From: Eledone cirrhosa
Lineage: Eukaryota
Direction: 5' to 3'
NCBI GenBank assembly: GCA_964016885.1
Contig: OZ024742.1
Coordinates: forward strand, 361,212,001 to 361,276,000
DNA length: 64,000 nucleotides
Both the position numbers and the translations under genes were made by a program. The notes beneath the pieces were generated by a model that did no database searches, was not told where the DNA came from, and saw only the letters and a program-made list of their open reading frames with translations. Every line of letters starts with the position of its first letter. Position 1 is the first letter of the stretch. Shown here one piece after another: positions 1-14,000 of the stretch.

Positions 1-321
1 AAAAGAAAGAAAAGGAAGAAATAGGAAAAACAAAGGAAAGCAACAGAGAGATATAAAGTCATCATACAGAGAGAAAAACTCAAGAGAGAGAAATACTATA
101 TAGAGAGAGGGGGTGCAATGAAAACATTACGTCATGTCATATTAAGTTGAGTTAACAATTTATATGAAATGAATAATAAAAATATAAGTATCAATATTCA
201 TGAATGGGACATAGATATATAATATGAGAAATTAAACATTGATCAAGCCTCCGAAAGTAATGGTTGTATTTTAAAGGGTACGTCAAAGCTATTTGTAAAA
301 CTGTTATATATTGTATTTTGT

Positions 322-368
322 CTGATGAAGGCATACCATAATTTAATATGGTATCCCTGAAATATGTA
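322..368 (+). ncRNA. Hammerhead ribozyme-like motif (minimal type I, Penelope-associated type), probably decayed
   Basis: CTGATGA (322-328), stem II AGGCATACCATA-atttaa-TATGGTATCCCT (11 of 12 bp), GAAA (359-362), TATG loop, TA. Stem I pairs poorly. Followed by AATAAA and then (TA)n. Confidence 0.65.
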
Positions 369-417
369 TAATGAAATAAATATGGTTTTATAAATATAGT
401 TTCCATTTATTAATATC

Positions 418-418
<1 letters not shown>

Positions 419-468
<50 letters not shown>

Positions 469-510
469 TAAATTTAGCGAGAATTGCATATATATATATA
501 TATATATATA
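419..510. repeat. (TA)n microsatellite, interrupted
   Basis: Read directly. Further (TA)n tracts at about 697-730, 2345-2368, 2852-2890, 2972-2998, 4182-4236 and 48196-48285. Confidence 0.95.
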
Positions 511-698
511 ACGAAGGAAATGTGGTAAGGAACCAGGTGGACCATAACGCACCAAAGTACTCAATACTTAGGGTAGTAGAGTGGGTAATAGGAACGAGTA
601 GGACCCCGACGGCTGAGCTCAAGCCGTTTCGACGGCTAATTCTAGAATTAGCCGTTAAACGGCTTGAGCTCAGCCGTCGGGGTCCTACTCGTTCCTAT
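510..698 (-). mobile_element. Small asymmetric fold-back element in (TA)n (family A), carrying the 3' half of a hammerhead; probable Penelope-like pLTR derivative
   Basis: Near-perfect hairpin 588-698 centred on TCT|AGA (643/644), plus a 78-bp unpaired tail (510-587). The minus strand reads GAATTAGCCGTC-GAAA-CGGCT-tgagctc-AGCCG-TC-GGGG. A second family member is at 2889-2971. Confidence 0.7.
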
Positions 699-1451
699 AT
701 ATATATGTATATATATATATATATATAATATGTCTGTGTGTGGTTGTGAGTGTGTATATACATACACTCCCATACATACATATATACATATATAAATATA
801 TGGTGATTGGTGGTGATGATGATATATACATATATATATATATGTGTGAGTTTCTTTGTATATGTATGTGTGTGTGTGTGTTTGTACATATATATATGCG
901 TTTATATATATATATATATTAATAAATATTGTGAGAACAATGTGTTCTTTTATGTAGAGATATATTTGAAATGACGTAAAATAGGAAATTTCCCCAGAGA
1001 TGATGTTAACTGCATTGGTGAGTGATAGTCAATGGGAATAATATACACAAAGAATCATATTAAAATTACACTCCATAAATGACAAAAAAAAAAATTCATC
1101 TAAATTATCGTCTATCATAATGAATAGAACATTACGTTTACACAATGTTCAGTGTATGTACTGTGTCAAGAATAGTAGCAATAACTAAATTTCCATAGTT
1201 AAAATATCACTAAGTTATTAAATCCTTTAGCACGCTCACTTCTCAAAGCTAACAATTGATAGTGTAAGATTTTAGATAATTTCAAATAATATTTTAATTC
1301 TATTGCAACACCAATTTCTAAAACTTATTTGAATATGTAATCACAATTTTAGAAATCAGAATATACTTTACAATTCTCTAGGTGTAATATAAATCGAAAA
1401 CACTTAAATTTTAATTTCATGCTGGTTGATACTGGTTTATTAGAGTTTGGC

Positions 1452-2058
1452 CATCATCATCGTTGTCATGGCGCTTATTGCACCCTCACCATCATGGTGC
1501 CATCATCATCACTATGATGGTATTATCACCATCATGGTACTATCACCATCACCATACCATCACCATCACGGTACCATCACCATCACGGTACCATCACTAT
1601 CACAGTCCCATCAGTATCATGGTATCACCATCATCACCATAACAGTCCAATCACCATCACAGTACCATCACTGTCACTGTCCCATCACCATCACTATCAT
1701 GGTATTATCATCATCACCATAACAGTCTAATCACCATCACAGTACCATCACCATCACTGCTCCATCACCATCACCATCACTGTCCCATCACCATCACTAT
1801 CATGGTATTATCATGATCACCATAACAGTCCCATCACCATCATGGTACCATCACCATCACTATCATAGTCCCATCACCATCATGGTACCATCATCATCAC
1901 TATCATAGTTCCATCACAGTCCCATCACTATCACAGTCCCATCACCATCACAGTCCCATCACCATCATGGTACCATCACCATCCCATCATGATCACCATC
2001 ATAATCTTATCAGCATCATTGCTGTTGGAATCATCAACATGAGACTTATCATCATTAA
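1452..2058 (+). repeat. Degenerate (CAY)n trinucleotide / low-complexity repeat
   Basis: Runs of CAT/CAC with recurring sub-motifs CATGGTAC and ACAGTCC. Confidence 0.9.
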
Positions 2059-2143
2059 CATCAGTTTCAAAAGTTTTGAGTCTTCTGATGCCAGAGTTTC
2101 AATCTGACAAATAATTGACAAATTATTTAAGCAGTTATGATAT

Positions 2144-2285
2144 AATCAGATGAAGCACGATGTGTTTTTTTTATCTTAATTTATTTATATGTCCTGATAT
2201 TTCTTCTGAGGAAGAAGAGATTTTAATCTCGAAAATCAAGACATATAAATAAACTAAGGCAGAAAACATCTTGTTTTATTTGATT
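2144..2285 (+). mobile_element. Old fold-back element with a decayed hammerhead in the loop
   Basis: Imperfect ~55-60-bp inverted arms (2144-2203 / 2231-2285). Centre reads tctt-CTGAGGA-agaa-GAGAT-ttta-ATCTC-GAAA-a-TC-aaga. Confidence 0.5.
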
Positions 2286-2365
2286 TGTTTGTTTATTTGT
2301 CCATTGTGCAGTGTTGTGGCTTTCAAACTTTGAATTCTTTATACATATATATATATATATATATA

Positions 2366-2831
2366 TATTAAGATTACAGATTATAGTCTAAGCAAAGAAT
2401 CGCTCCTTTCGCCCTTAACGGGATCTTCTGAAACTAAAAAAAATCAATCTGTGAAGGCGGAAGTAAATAATTCGACAAACGTAGCAACCGAAAGAAAACA
2501 GGGAGACAATACTTTGGTTCGTGGAGACGTTCCCTGGCAATGAACGGAAAAAAAGCGAAGATAATACGTCGTTATGTGGAACGACGAGAACAATTACATG
2601 CAAAGACAAAACCACGTTTTCCTGTTTTCCTTCAGTTGCAACGTTTTTCGAAATATTTACTTCTGCGTTCACAGATTGATTTTTTTTTAGTTTCAGAAGA
2701 TCCCATTGAGGGTGAAAGTAGCGATTCTTTGCTTAAACTTTAATCTGTTATTTTAATAAATTTTTGCTCTAGGGTTCTTATACATTTGATATATATTTAT
2801 CCTTATCGAGCCCTCTTTGGATTTTAGTCTT
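2366..2831 (+). mobile_element. Asymmetric fold-back element between (TA)n tracts (family B)
   Basis: Diverged inverted arms 2366-2502 / 2621-2758, about 118-bp spacer and about 70-bp one-sided tail ending at (ATT)n. A homologous copy in the opposite orientation is at 48407-48581. Confidence 0.7.
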
Positions 2832-2848
2832 CACATTATTATTATTAT

Positions 2849-2888
<40 letters not shown>

Positions 2889-2893
<5 letters not shown>

Positions 2894-2971
2894 AACCAGT
2901 AAGACCCCGACGGCTGAGCTCAAGCCGTTTCGACGGCTAATTCTCTGGTTCCTTACCACATTTCCTTCGTT
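2889..2971 (+). mobile_element. Internally deleted copy of family A fold-back element in (TA)n
   Basis: 2889-2944 matches 588-643 with two substitutions; 2945-2971 is the reverse complement of 510-536. Confidence 0.8.
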
Positions 2972-3399
2972 ATATATATATATATATATATATATATAAG
3001 ACACTTGGCTTGTTTGGGAGATTAGGGGCTTCCCTTCAGTACACACATGGTCGATATAAGCCCATCCAACCCTTGCTAACAGGAAAAGTGGACCTGATGA
3101 TGATGATATATACATATATTCACTTATGTATATATAAATATAAATCCACATGTATACATACATGTTTATATACATGTATATATAGTATATACATAATATA
3201 TATCCTATTTTACAAAGTATAAAGCTTCTTCCACTTCTTTTCTTCACCCAATTATTCATGGAAGGTTCATTGAGGCAGAGTCCTACATCATGCCCTCCAT
3301 GGGTCCTGTCAGAGGAAAATGTCTCCAATTGATCTGACTGGATCCCCACGTGATACCAATGAAGCTTGTGAATGTTATTGAAGCATCTTGCTGGTAGTC

Positions 3400-3940
3400 T
3401 ACCTCTGGAGCTTATTGTGGAAGATTCTGCAGAAGTATGGAATCGATACAAATGACCTATACAAATTCCATAGTATTTGTGTTCAGGTGAATGGTGTTTA
3501 GTGAAAACCATACAATGTAGTTGTTGGATTCTGCCAAATAATAATATTCATAACAACTTTCATGTAGAGGATTGACATGTGCAGCTGGGTTGGAAGTAGT
3601 ATCAAGACCAGCAGGTTTCTGATCAGTTAAATAGAATTTGTAGAAAACCCAGTATTAATTTAACTCGTCAGATTGTCATCTCTGACATGTAATTTATAGT
3701 TTTGCCTCTGAGTGCTGCATACCAGGAATGAAAATAAATCAGTGTTGGAAAGACTGTGACACATGTTCTCTGGAGAAAACCTGCACAGTGCAGTAGAGCT
3801 CCTCTGAAGCAGATGGAGAAATTTAAGTATCTCGTTGTCATTTTCAAATTCCATATTATGAAGAGAATAAAAGCAATACTACATCAAAAGAGCAAACAGC
3901 ATACTGATGATCTTGCATTATAGAAAAATGTTACAACTAA
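3400..3940 (+). mobile_element. Decayed RTE-clade LINE, reverse transcriptase fragment
   Basis: Manual translation gives LWKILQKYGID...LYKFHSICVQVNGV**KPYNVVVGFCQ (from 3415), F-M*RID, GMKIN, LKQMEKFKYLVVIF and IKRANSIL. These are RTE RT motifs in the expected order, with stops and frameshifts. Confidence 0.75.
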
Positions 3941-4177
3941 ATATTTTAATCAAATTTGATATTCAATGAAACTAGTTAGAATTATTTTATTAAGAAAACA
4001 AGCAAACCAAGTTGTCTGCGGAAGAAGAAAATAAAAACATGATTATAGAAAGAATTGTTTTGAAGAGTTATTTACAAGCAAGAATTCAAAGTGTAAACAA
4101 GTTTTTCTCAAAATAATTAGTACAAGATGTTATATATATTTAAATGTATGCATATATATCGACACACATACACCCAC

Positions 4178-4238
<61 letters not shown>

Positions 4239-4321
4239 GTGGGGGGTTATATGTTATTAAATTTCTGAATTGCATCCAGTTCTAGTTGTTTATGATTTAC
4301 TTTGTTATCAACAAGCAATGA

Positions 4322-4353
<32 letters not shown>

Positions 4354-5070
4354 TCATCATCATCATTTTATGTCCGCTTTTCCCTGCTTGTATATATATA
4401 TATATATACACTGAACTGAGAAATTATAATTAATACTTTTCTTGTTTGATATAATAATATCAATATATTTCAAATGTACATTATATAAAATAAAATATTT
4501 TATATTTCTACTTTAGCATCAAACACCAAGCATACCATTTTCTATTCGTTTCAGTACACAAGACTGGTTCTTGTTTCTTAGCTTGTAACTCGTAATGTCC
4601 TGTACCTCATGAAACACCATTAGAGTAATATCCTTCAAAAGTAAAAATAAATATCATATATGACTGCATGATATCAAATATTTAAATCTTAAGTTTCCTT
4701 CAAATATTCGCAATGGTATTCGGAAAGGAAAGATACTAGGAAAGGAAAACAGGCCCTTAACTCCTAATGGAATCATTAGGGTTCTGCTCTGACCTGCTGC
4801 ATGTCCTAAACATTATGAAACCTGGTTGAGTCTATCTCTTTATAATGAATCTTTGAATTAACTAGCTCATTTTTAAAAGATAATTTCTGCTAATCATTAC
4901 AGGATGTTAAGTGTTAATAATAGTAGAAGCTTCCATAGTTTATATTACTAGTGTTGACTGGCAGCCCTATTATTAACATTTTGTTTCTTATTACTAACAC
5001 TATAATCAGTTACAAAGCCATGTTATTACTATTGACGTCGTCATTATTACTATTAATGGCTCAATCACTT

Positions 5071-8000
5071 GGAAAGAATCGCTGGATAGAATTTATGCTA
5101 GGAAAGTATCGCTAGATAGAATTTACGCTAGGAAAGTATCGCTAGATAAAATTTATGCTAGGAAAGTACCGCTGGATAGAATTTACGCTAGGAAAGAATC
5201 GCTAGATAGAATTTACGCTAGGAAAGAATCGCTAGATAGAATTTACGCTAGGAAAGAATCGCTAGATAGAATTTACGCTAGGAAAGAATCGCTAGATAGA
5301 ATTTATGCTAGGAAAGTATCGCTAGATAGAATTTACGCTAGGAATGTATCACTAGATAGAATTTACGCTAGGAATGTATCGCTGGATAGAATTACGTTAG
5401 GAAAGTATCGCTGGATATAATTTATGCTAGGAAAGAATCGCTAGATAGAATTTATGCTAGGAAAGTATCGCTAGATAGAATTTACGCTAGGAATGTATCA
5501 CTAGATAGAATTTACGCTAGGAAAGAATCGCTATATAGAATTTACGCTAGGAAAGAATCGCTAGATAGAATTTATGCTAGGAAAGTATCGCTAGATAGAA
5601 TTTACGCTAGGAATGTATCACTAGATAGAATTTATGCTAGGAAAGTATCGCTGGATAGAATTTACGCTAGGAAACTATCGCTAGATAGAATTTATGCTAG
5701 GAAAGTATCGCTGGATAGAATTTACGCTAGGAAAGAATCGCTAGATAGAATTTACGCTAGGAAAGAATCGCTAGATAGAATTTATGCTAGGAAAGTATCG
5801 CTAGATAGAATTTACGCTAGGAATGTATCACTAGATAGAATTTACGCTAGGAATGTATCGCTGGATAGAATTACGTTAGGAAAGTATCGCTGGATAGAAT
5901 TTATGCTAAGAAAGAATCGCCAGATAGAATTTATGCTAGGAAAGTATCGCTAGATAGAATTTACGCTAGGAATGTATCACTAGATAGAATTTACGCTAGG
6001 AAAGAATCGCTAGATAGAATTTACGCTAGGAAAGAATCGCTAGATAGAATTTATGCTAGGAAAGTATCGCTAGATAGAATTTACGCTAGGAATGTATCAC
6101 TAGATAGAATTTACGCTAGGAATGTATCACTAGATAGAATTTATGCTAGGAAAGTATCGCTGGATAGAATTTACGCTAGGAAAGAATCGCTAGATAGAAT
6201 TTATGCTAGGAAAGTATCGCTAGATAGAATTTACGCTAGGAATGTATCACTAGATAGAATTTACGCTAGGAATGTATCGCTGGATAGAATTACGTTAGGA
6301 AAGTATCGCTGGATAGAATTTATGCTAGGAAAGAATCGCGAGATAGAATTTATGCTAGGAAAGTATCGCTAGATAGAATTTACGCTAGGAATGTATCACT
6401 AGATAGAATTTATGCTAGGAAAGTATCGCTGGATAGAATTTACGCTAGGAAAGAATCGCTAGATAGAATTTATGCTAGGAAAGAATCGCTAGATAGAATT
6501 TACGCTAGGAATGTATCACTAGATAGAATTTATGCTAGGAAAGTATCGCTGGATAGAATTTACGCTAGGAAAGAATCGGTAGATAGAATTTACGCTAGGA
6601 AAGAATCGCTAGATAGAATTTATGCTAGGAAAGTATCGCTAGATAGAATTTACGCTAGGAATGTATCACTAGATAGAATTTATGCTAGGAAAGTATCGCT
6701 GGATAGAATTTACGCTAGGAAAGTATCGCTAGATAGAATTTATGCTAGGAAAGTATCGCTGGATAGAATTTACGCTAGGAAAGAATCGCTAGATAGAATT
6801 TACGCTAGGAAAGAATCGCTAGATAGAATTTATGCTAGGAAAGTATCGCTAGATAGAATTTACGCTAGGAATGTATCACTAGATAGAATTTATGCTAGGA
6901 AAGTATCGCTGGATAGAATTTACGCTAGGAAAGAATCGCTAGATAGAATTTACGCTAGGAAAGAATCGCTAGATAGAATTTATGCTAGGAAAGTATCGCT
7001 AGATAGAATTTACGCTAGGAATGTATCACTAGATAGAATTTACGCTAGGAATGTATCGCTGGATAGAATTACGTTAGGAAAGTATCGCTGGATAGAATTT
7101 ATGCTAAGAAAGAATCGCCAGATAGAATTTATGCTAGGAAAGTATCGCTAGATAGAATTTACGCTAGGAATGTATCACTAGATAGAATTTACGCTAGGAA
7201 AGAATCGCTAGATAGAATTTACGCTAGGAAAGAATCGCTAGATAGAATTTATGCTAGGAAAGTATCGCTAGATAGAATTTACGCTAGGAATGTATCACTA
7301 GATAGAATTTACGCTAGGAATGTATCACTAGATAGAATTTATGCTAGGAAAGTATCGCTGGATAGAATTTACGCTAGGAAAGAATCGCTAGATAGAATTT
7401 ATGCTAGGAAAGTATCGCTAGATAGAATTTACGCTACGAATGTATCACTAGATAGAATTTACGCTAGGAATGTATCGCTGGATAGAATTACGTTAGGAAA
7501 GTATCGCTGGATAGAATTTATGCTAGGAAAGAATCGCTAGATAGAATTTATGCTAGGAAAGTATCGCTAGATAGAATTTAAGCTAGGAATGTATCACTAG
7601 ATAGAATTTATGCTAGGAAAGTATCGCTGGATAGAATTTACGCTAGGAAAGAATCGCTAGATAGAATTTATGCTAGGAAAGAATCGCTAGATAGAATTTA
7701 CGCTAGGAAAGAATCGCTAGATAGAATTTATGCTAGGAAAGTATCGCTAGATAGAATTTACGCTAGGAATGTATCACTAGATAGAATTTATGCTAGGAAA
7801 GTATCGCTGGATAGAATTTACGCTAGGAAACTATCGCTAGATAGAATTTATGCTAGGAAAGTATCGCTGGATAGAATTTACGCTAGGAAAGAATCGCTAG
7901 ATAGAATTTACGCTAGGAAAGTATCGCTAGATAGAATTTATGCTAGGAAAGTATCGCTAGATAGAATTTACGCTAGGAATGTATCACTAGATAGAATTTA

Positions 8001-11000
8001 CGCTAGGAATGTATCGCTGGATAGAATTACGTTAGGAAAGTATCGCTGGATAGAATTTATGCTAAGAAAGAATCGCCAGATAGAATTTATGCTAGGAAAG
8101 TATCGCTAGATAGAATTTACGCTAGGAATGTATCACTAGATAGAATTTACGCTAGGAAAGAATCGCTAGATAGAATTTACGCTAGGAAAGAATCGCTAGA
8201 TAGAATTTATGCTAGGAAAGTATCGCTAGATAGAATTTACGCTAGGAATGTATCACTAGATAGAATTTACGCTAGGAATGTATCACTAGATAGAATTTAT
8301 GCTAGGAAAGTATCGCTGGATAGAATTTACGCTAGGAAAGAATCGCTAGATAGAATTTACGCTAGGAAAGAATCGCTAGATAGAATTTACGCTAGGAAAG
8401 AATCGCTAGATAGAATTTATGCTAGGAAAGTATCGCTAGATAGAATTTACGCTAGGAATGTATCACTAGATAGAATTTACGCTAGGAATGTATCGCTGGA
8501 TAGAATTACGTTAGGAAAGTATCGCTGGATAGAATTTATGCTAGGAAAGAATCGCTAGATAGAATTTATGCTAGGAAAGTATCGCTAGATAGAATTTACG
8601 CTAGGAATGTATCACTAGATAGAATTTATGCTAGGAAAGTATCGCTGGATAGAATTTACGCTAGGAAAGAATCGCTAGATAGAATTTATGCTAGGAAAGA
8701 ATCGCTAGATAGAATTTACGCTAGGAATGTATCACTAGATAGAATTTATGCTAGGAAAGTATCGCTGGATAGAATTTACGCTAGGAAAGAATCGGTAGAT
8801 AGAATTTACGCTAGGAAAGAATCGCTAGATAGAATTTATGCTAGGAAAGTATCGCTAGATAGAATTTACGCTAGGAATGTATCACTAGATAGAATTTATG
8901 CTAGGAAAGTATCGCTGGATAGAATTTACGCTAGGAAAGTATCGCTAGATAGAATTTATGCTAGGAAAGTATCGCTGGATAGAATTTACGCTAGGAAAGA
9001 ATCGCTAGATAGAATTTACGCTAGGAAAGAATCGCTAGATAGAATTTATGCTAGGAAAGTATCGCTAGATAGAATTTACGCTAGGAATGTATCACTAGAT
9101 AGAATTTATGCTAGGAAAGTATCGCTGGATAGAATTTACGCTAGGAAAGAATCGCTAGATAGAATTTACGCTAGGAAAGAATCGCTAGATAGAATTTATG
9201 CTAGGAAAGTATCGCTAGATAGAATTTACGCTAGGAATGTATCACTAGATAGAATTTACGCTAGGAATGTATCGCTGGATAGAATTACGTTAGGAAAGTA
9301 TCGCTGGATAGAATTTATGCTAAGAAAGAATCGCCAGATAGAATTTATGCTAGGAAAGTATCGCTAGATAGAATTTACGCTAGGAATGTATCACTAGATA
9401 GAATTTACGCTAGGAAAGAATCGCTAGATAGAATTTACGCTAGGAAAGAATCGCTAGATAGAATTTATGCTAGGAAAGTATCGCTAGATAGAATTTACGC
9501 TAGGAATGTATCACTAGATAGAATTTACGCTAGGAATGTATCACTAGATAGAATTTATGCTAGGAAAGTATCGCTGGATAGAATTTACGCTAGGAAAGAA
9601 TCGCTAGATAGAATTTATGCTAGGAAAGTATCGCTAGATAGAATTTACGCTACGAATGTATCACTAGATAGAATTTACGCTAGGAATGTATCGCTGGATA
9701 GAATTACGTTAGGAAAGTATCGCTGGATAGAATTTATGCTAGGAAAGAATCGCTAGATAGAATTTATGCTAGGAAAGTATCGCTAGATAGAATTTAAGCT
9801 AGGAATGTATCACTAGATAGAATTTATGCTAGGAAAGTATCGCTGGATAGAATTTACGCTAGGAAAGAATCGCTAGATAGAATTTATGCTAGGAAAGAAT
9901 CGCTAGATAGAATTTACGCTAGGAAAGAATCGCTAGATAGAATTTATGCTAGGAAAGTATCGCTAGATAGAATTTACGCTAGGAATGTATCACTAGATAG
10001 AATTTATGCTAGGAAAGTATCGCTGGATAGAATTTACGCTAGGAAACTATCGCTAGATAGAATTTATGCTAGGAAAGTATCGCTGGATAGAATTTACGCT
10101 AGGAAAGAATCGCTAGATAGAATTTACGCTAGGAAAGTATCGCTAGATAGAATTTATGCTAGGAAAGTATCGCTAGATAGAATTTACGCTAGGAATGTAT
10201 CACTAGATAGAATTTACGCTAGGAATGTATCGCTGGATAGAATTACGTTAGGAAAGTATCGCTGGATAGAATTTATGCTAAGAAAGAATCGCCAGATAGA
10301 ATTTATGCTAGGAAAGTATCGCTAGATAGAATTTACGCTAGGAATGTATCACTAGATAGAATTTACGCTAGGAAAGAATCGCTAGATAGAATTTACGCTA
10401 GGAAAGAATCGCTAGATAGAATTTATGCTAGGAAAGTATCGCTAGATAGAATTTACGCTAGGAATGTATCACTAGATAGAATTTACGCTAGGAATGTATC
10501 ACTAGATAGAATTTATGCTAGGAAAGTATCGCTGGATAGAATTTACGCTAGGAAAGAATCGCTAGATAGAATTTACGCTAGGAAAGAATCGCTAGATAGA
10601 ATTTACGCTAGGAAAGAATCGCTAGATAGAATTTATGCTAAGAAAGTATCGCTAGATAGAATTTACGCTAGGAATGTATCACTAGATAGAATTTACGCTA
10701 GGAATGTATCGCTGGATAGAATTACGTTAGGAAAGTATCGCTGGATAGAATTTATGCTAGGAAAGAATCGCTAGATAGAATTTATGCTAGGAAAGTATCG
10801 CTAGATAGAATTTACGCTAGGAATGTATCACTAGATAGAATTTACGCTAGGAAAGAATCGCTATATAGAATTTACGCTAGGAAAGAATCGCTAGATAGAA
10901 TTTATGCTAGGAAAGTATCGCTAGATAGAATTTACGCTAGGAATGTATCACTAGATAGAATTTATGCTAGGAAAGTATCGCTGGATAGAATTTACGCTAG

Positions 11001-14000
11001 GAAACTATCGCTAGATAGAATTTGTGCTAGGAAAGTATCGCTGGATAGAATTTACGCTAGGAAAGAATCGCTAGATAGAATTTACGCTAGGAAAGAATCG
11101 CTAGATAGAATTTATGCTAGGAAAGTATCGCTAGATAGAATTTACGCTAGGAATGTATCACTAGATAGAATTTACGCTAGGAATGTATCGCTGGATAGAA
11201 TTACGTTAGGAAAGTATCGCTGGATAGAATTTATGCTAAGAAAGAATCGCCAGATAGAATTTATGCTAGGAAAGTATCGCTAGATAGAATTTACGCTAGG
11301 AATGTATCACTAGATAGAATTTACGCTAGGAAAGAATCGCTAGATAGAATTTACGCTAGGAAAGAATCGCTAGATAGAATTTATGCTAGGAAAGTATCGC
11401 TAGATAGAATTTACGCTAGGAATGTATCACTAGATAGAATTTATGCTAGGAAAGTATCGCTGGATAGAATTTACGCTAGGAAAGAATCGCTAGACAGAAA
11501 TTATGCTAGGAAAGTATCGCTAGATAGAATTTACGCTAGGAATGTATCACTAGATAGAATTTACGCTAGGAATGTATCGCTGGATAGAATTACGTTAGGA
11601 AAGTATCGCTGGATAGAATTTATGCTAGGAAAGAATCGCTAGATAGAATTTATGCTAGGAAAGTATCGCTAGATAGAATTTACGCTAGGAATGTATCACT
11701 AGATAGAATTTATGCTAGGAATGTATCGCTGGATAGAATTTACGCTAGGAAAGAATCGCTAGATAGAATTTATGCTAGGAAAGAATCGCTAGATAGAATT
11801 TACGCTAGGAATGTATCACTAGATAGAATTTATGCTAGGAAAGTATCGCTGGATAGAATTTACGCTAGGAAAGAATCGGTAGATAGAATTTACGCTAGGA
11901 AAGAATCGCTAGATAGAATTTATGCTAGGAAAGTATCGCTAGATAGAATTTACGCTAGGAATGTATCACTAGATAGAATTTATGCTAGGAAAGTATCGCT
12001 GGATAGAATTTACGCTAGGAAAGTATCGCTAGATAGAATTTATGCTAGGAAAGTATCGCTGGATAGAATTTACGCTAGGAAAGAATCGCTAGATAGAATT
12101 TACGCTAGGAAAGAATCGCTAGATAGAATTTATGCTAGGAAAGTATCGCTAGATAGAATTTACGCTAGGAATGTATCACTAGATAGAATTTATGCTAGGA
12201 AAGTATCGCTGGATAGAATTTACGCTAGGAAAGTATCGGTAGATAGAATTTACGCTAGGAAAGAATCGCTAGATAGAATTTATGCTAGGAAAGTATCGCT
12301 AGATAGAATTTACGCTAGGAATGTATCACTAGATAGAATTTACGCTACGAATGTATCGCTGGATAGAATTACGTTAGGAAAGTATCGCTGGATAGAATTT
12401 ATGCTAAGAAAGAATCGCCAGATAGAATTTATGCTAGGAAAGTATCGCTAGATAGAATTTACGCTAGGAATGTATCACTAGATAGAATTTACGCTAGGAA
12501 AGAATCGCTAGATAGAATTTACGCTAGGAAAGAATCGCTAGATAGAATTTATGCTGGGAAAGTATCGCTAGATAGAATTTACGCTAGGAATGTATCACTA
12601 GATAGAATTTACGCTAGGAATGTATCACTAGATAGAATTTATGCTAGGAAAGTATCGCTGGATAGAATTTACGCTAGGAAAGAATCGCTAGATAGAATTT
12701 ATGCTAGGAAAGTATCGCTAGATAGAATTTACGCTAGAAATGTATCACTAGATAGAATTTACGCTAGGAATGTATCGCTGGATAGAATTACGTTAGGAAA
12801 GTATCGCTGGATAGAATTTATGCTAGGAAAGAATCGCTAGATAGAATTTATGCTAGGAAAGTATCGCTAGATAGAATTTACGCTAGGAATGTATCACTAG
12901 ATAGAATTTACGCTAGGAAAGAATCGCTATATAGAATTTACGCTAGGAAAGAATCGCTAGATAGAATTTATGCTAGGAAAGTATCGCTAGATAGAATTTA
13001 CGCTAGGAATGTATCACTAGATAGAATTTATGCTAGGAAAGTATCGCTAGATAGAATTTACGCTAGGAATGTATCACTAGATAGAATTTATGCTAGGAAA
13101 GTATCGCTGGATAGAATTTACGCTAGGAAACTATCGCTAGATAGAATTTATGCTAGGAAAGTATCGCTGGATAGAATTTACGCCAGGAAAGAATCGCTAG
13201 ATAGAATTTACGCTAGGAAAGAATCGCTAGATAGAATTTATGCTAGGAAAGTATCGCTAGATAGAATTTACGCTAGGAATGTATCACTAGATAGAATTTA
13301 CGCTAGGAATGTATCGCTGGATAGAATTACGTTAGGAAAGTATCGCTGGATAGAATTTATGCTAAGAAAGAATCGCCAGATAGAATTTATGCTAGGAAAG
13401 TATCGCTAGATAGAATTTACGCTAGGAATGTATCATTAGATAGAATTTACGCTAGGAAAGAATCGCTAGATAGAATTTACGCTAGGAAAGAATCGCTAGA
13501 TAGAATTTATGCTAGGAAAGTATCGCTAGATAGAATTTACGCTAGGAATGTATCACTAGATAGAATTTACGCTAGGAATGTATCACTAGATAGAATTTAT
13601 GCTAGGAAAGTATCGCTGGATAGAATTTACGCTAGGAAAGAATCGCTAGATAGAATTTATGCTAGGAAAGTATCGCTAGATAGAATTTACGCTAGGAATG
13701 TATCACTAGATAGAATTTACGCTAGGAATGTATCGCTGGATAGAATTACGTTAGGAAAGTATCGCTGGATAGAATTTATGCTAGGAAAGAATCGCTAGAT
13801 AGAATTTATGCTAGGAAAGTATCGCTAGATAGAATTTACGCTAGGAATGTATCACTAGATAGAATTTATGCTAGGAAAGTATCGCTGGATAGAATTTACG
13901 CTAGGAAAGAATCGCTAGATAGAATTTATGCTAGGAAAGAATCGCTAGATAGAATTTACGCTAGGAATGTATCACTAGATAGAATTTATGCTAGGAAAGT

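Noticed and set aside
1447-1722. His-rich ORF
   Set aside because: Translation of a (CAY)n low-complexity repeat.
2503-2620. Possible hammerhead in the family B spacer (CGTCGTT-atgtgg-AACGACG hairpin)
   Set aside because: No recognisable CUGANGA or GAAA core at the right positions.
2831-3854. 226-aa and 64-aa minus-strand ORFs
   Set aside because: They run antisense to a decayed LINE RT and through (TA)n tracts; no protein motif.
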